The notes under the pieces were generated by a model that had not been told where the DNA came from, did not search any database, and saw only the letters and a list, made by a program, of their open reading frames with translations. A stretch of 64,000 nt of DNA from contig JAWAAW010000002.1 of the NCBI GenBank assembly GCA_038884975.1, positions 18,829-82,828 of the forward strand, given 5' to 3'. Made by a program: the position numbers and the translations under genes. The DNA comes from Candidatus Woesearchaeota archaeon (lineage in GTDB: Archaea > Nanobdellota > Nanobdellia > Woesearchaeales > ARS49). Positions 63,424-64,000 of the stretch are shown one piece after another (position 1 is the stretch's first letter; each line of letters begins with the position of its first letter).

Positions 63424-64000
63424 TGGCAAAAAATCTTCCAAAAGCCCAGCGCGTGGGTGTTTTTGTTGACGTGCAGAACATGTATTACTCGGCAAGATAC
63501 ATGTACAATGCAAAGGTCAATTTCAAGGCGTTGCTGAATGAGGCAGTGCAGGGCAGGACTCTTGTCCGCGCAATAGCTTATGTTATTAGGACTGAGGATG
63601 TTGGGAGGGACGAGTTTTTCAAGGTGCTTGAGAACATTGGTTATGAGGTGAAGGGAAAGGACATTCAGGTTTTTGTTGATGGCTCAAAAAAGGGCGATTG
63701 GGATATTGGAATCGCAATGGATATGATTGAACTTGCTCCAAGGCTTGACACGCTTGTGCTTGTTTCGGGTGACGGTGACTTCATACCTCTTGTTGAGCAC
63801 TTGCAGCGTGCGATGGGTTGCAGGGTTGAAGTTATTGCCTTTGGCAAGAGCGCTTCAGGAAAGCTCAAGGAGGCAGCAAACAATTTTATTGACCTTGATG
63901 AAAACCCGAAGAAGTTCTTGATATCACGAGCTGCTAAGCCAAGGCTTGTTGCTCCTGCAGGACCGCTTGAAACGCATCGTGAGGGGGTTGGGCAGAATGC
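63423..64000 (+). CDS. NYN-domain (LabA/DUF88-like) protein, runs off the right edge
   Basis: Not on the track (no stop). My translation from ATG 63423 (TGATG overlap): MAKNLPKAQRVGVFVDVQNMYYSARY...KKGDWDIGIAMDMIE...LVLVSGDGDFIPLVEHLQRAMGCRVEVIAFG. Confidence 0.8.
   Translation, partial: MAKNLPKAQRVGVFVDVQNMYYSARYMYNAKVNFKALLNEAVQGRTLVRAIAYVIRTEDVGRDEFFKVLENIGYEVKGKDIQVFVDGSKKGDWDIGIAMDMIELAPRLDTLVLVSGDGDFIPLVEHLQRAMGCRVEVIAFGKSASGKLKEAANNFIDLDENPKKFLISRAAKPRLVAPAGPLETHREGVGQN

Noticed and set aside
1-64000. A search by eye for CRISPR arrays, rRNA genes, IS elements and prophage hallmark genes.
   Set aside because: I found no regularly spaced direct repeats, no rRNA-like conserved stretches, and no transposase, integrase, capsid or terminase-like translations on the six-frame track.

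Overview
The window is a gene-dense archaeal segment. It carries aEF-1alpha, aEF-2, uS10, L7Ae, S28e, L24e, BRE/TATA-type promoters and intron-containing tRNAs. Split enzymes, many short or absent leaders and many orphan surface proteins suggest a small-genome, DPANN-like lineage, but that is inference only.

Left to right:
- 1-8.1 kb: a minus-strand sugar block (split transketolase, rpe, rpiB, class II aldolase, PfkB kinase), then three tandem paralogous small proteins, a GH57 glucanase, a glycogen-synthase-like GT and a small wHTH regulator.
- 8.3-11.9 kb: a CBS-domain protein and a P2-type Ca-ATPase.
- 11.9-17.1 kb: an envelope patch with a Cys-rich secreted gene broken by in-frame stops, a bacterial-type lgt followed by a lipobox protein, a glutaredoxin, two tRNA-Ala, and a beta-barrel-like gene broken by an in-frame TAG.
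- 17.1-21.9 kb: housekeeping genes (HAD, HIT, 2-hydroxyacid dehydrogenase, NAD(P)HX dehydratase, DenV-like glycosylase, NUDIX) interleaved with tRNA-Met, Ser(GGA), Glu and Ser(CGA, intron).
- 21.9-27.3 kb: the translation cluster (S10, tuf, fusA, ndk, L24e, S28e, L7Ae).
- 27.4-44.9 kb: a UPPS-like protein with a degenerate active site, an A24 prepilin peptidase, acylphosphatase, two degenerate HIT paralogs, a type IV pilin-like protein, beta-helix paralogs, lipoproteins, tRNA-Thr (intron), tRNA-Leu, a nucleotidyltransferase / HExxH protein pair, dCMP deaminase, EndoQ, a Na/Ca exchanger, an epimerase and a transglutaminase-like protein.
- 45.2-61.9 kb: the most unusual content. This is an eight-gene minus-strand operon with overlapping stops and starts. 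It is built from two paralogous modules: a large protein with an MTKKGQ class III (pilin-type) signal, a giant Ig/FN3 Cys-rich secreted protein of 1055 or 1923 aa, and a polytopic membrane protein. I recognise no enzyme or assembly ATPase in it.
- 62-64 kb: small membrane and zinc-ribbon proteins, then a partial NYN-domain gene at the right edge.

I saw no rRNA, CRISPR array, transposase or integrase. All calls rest on reading the translations and sequence by eye; no database search was possible.
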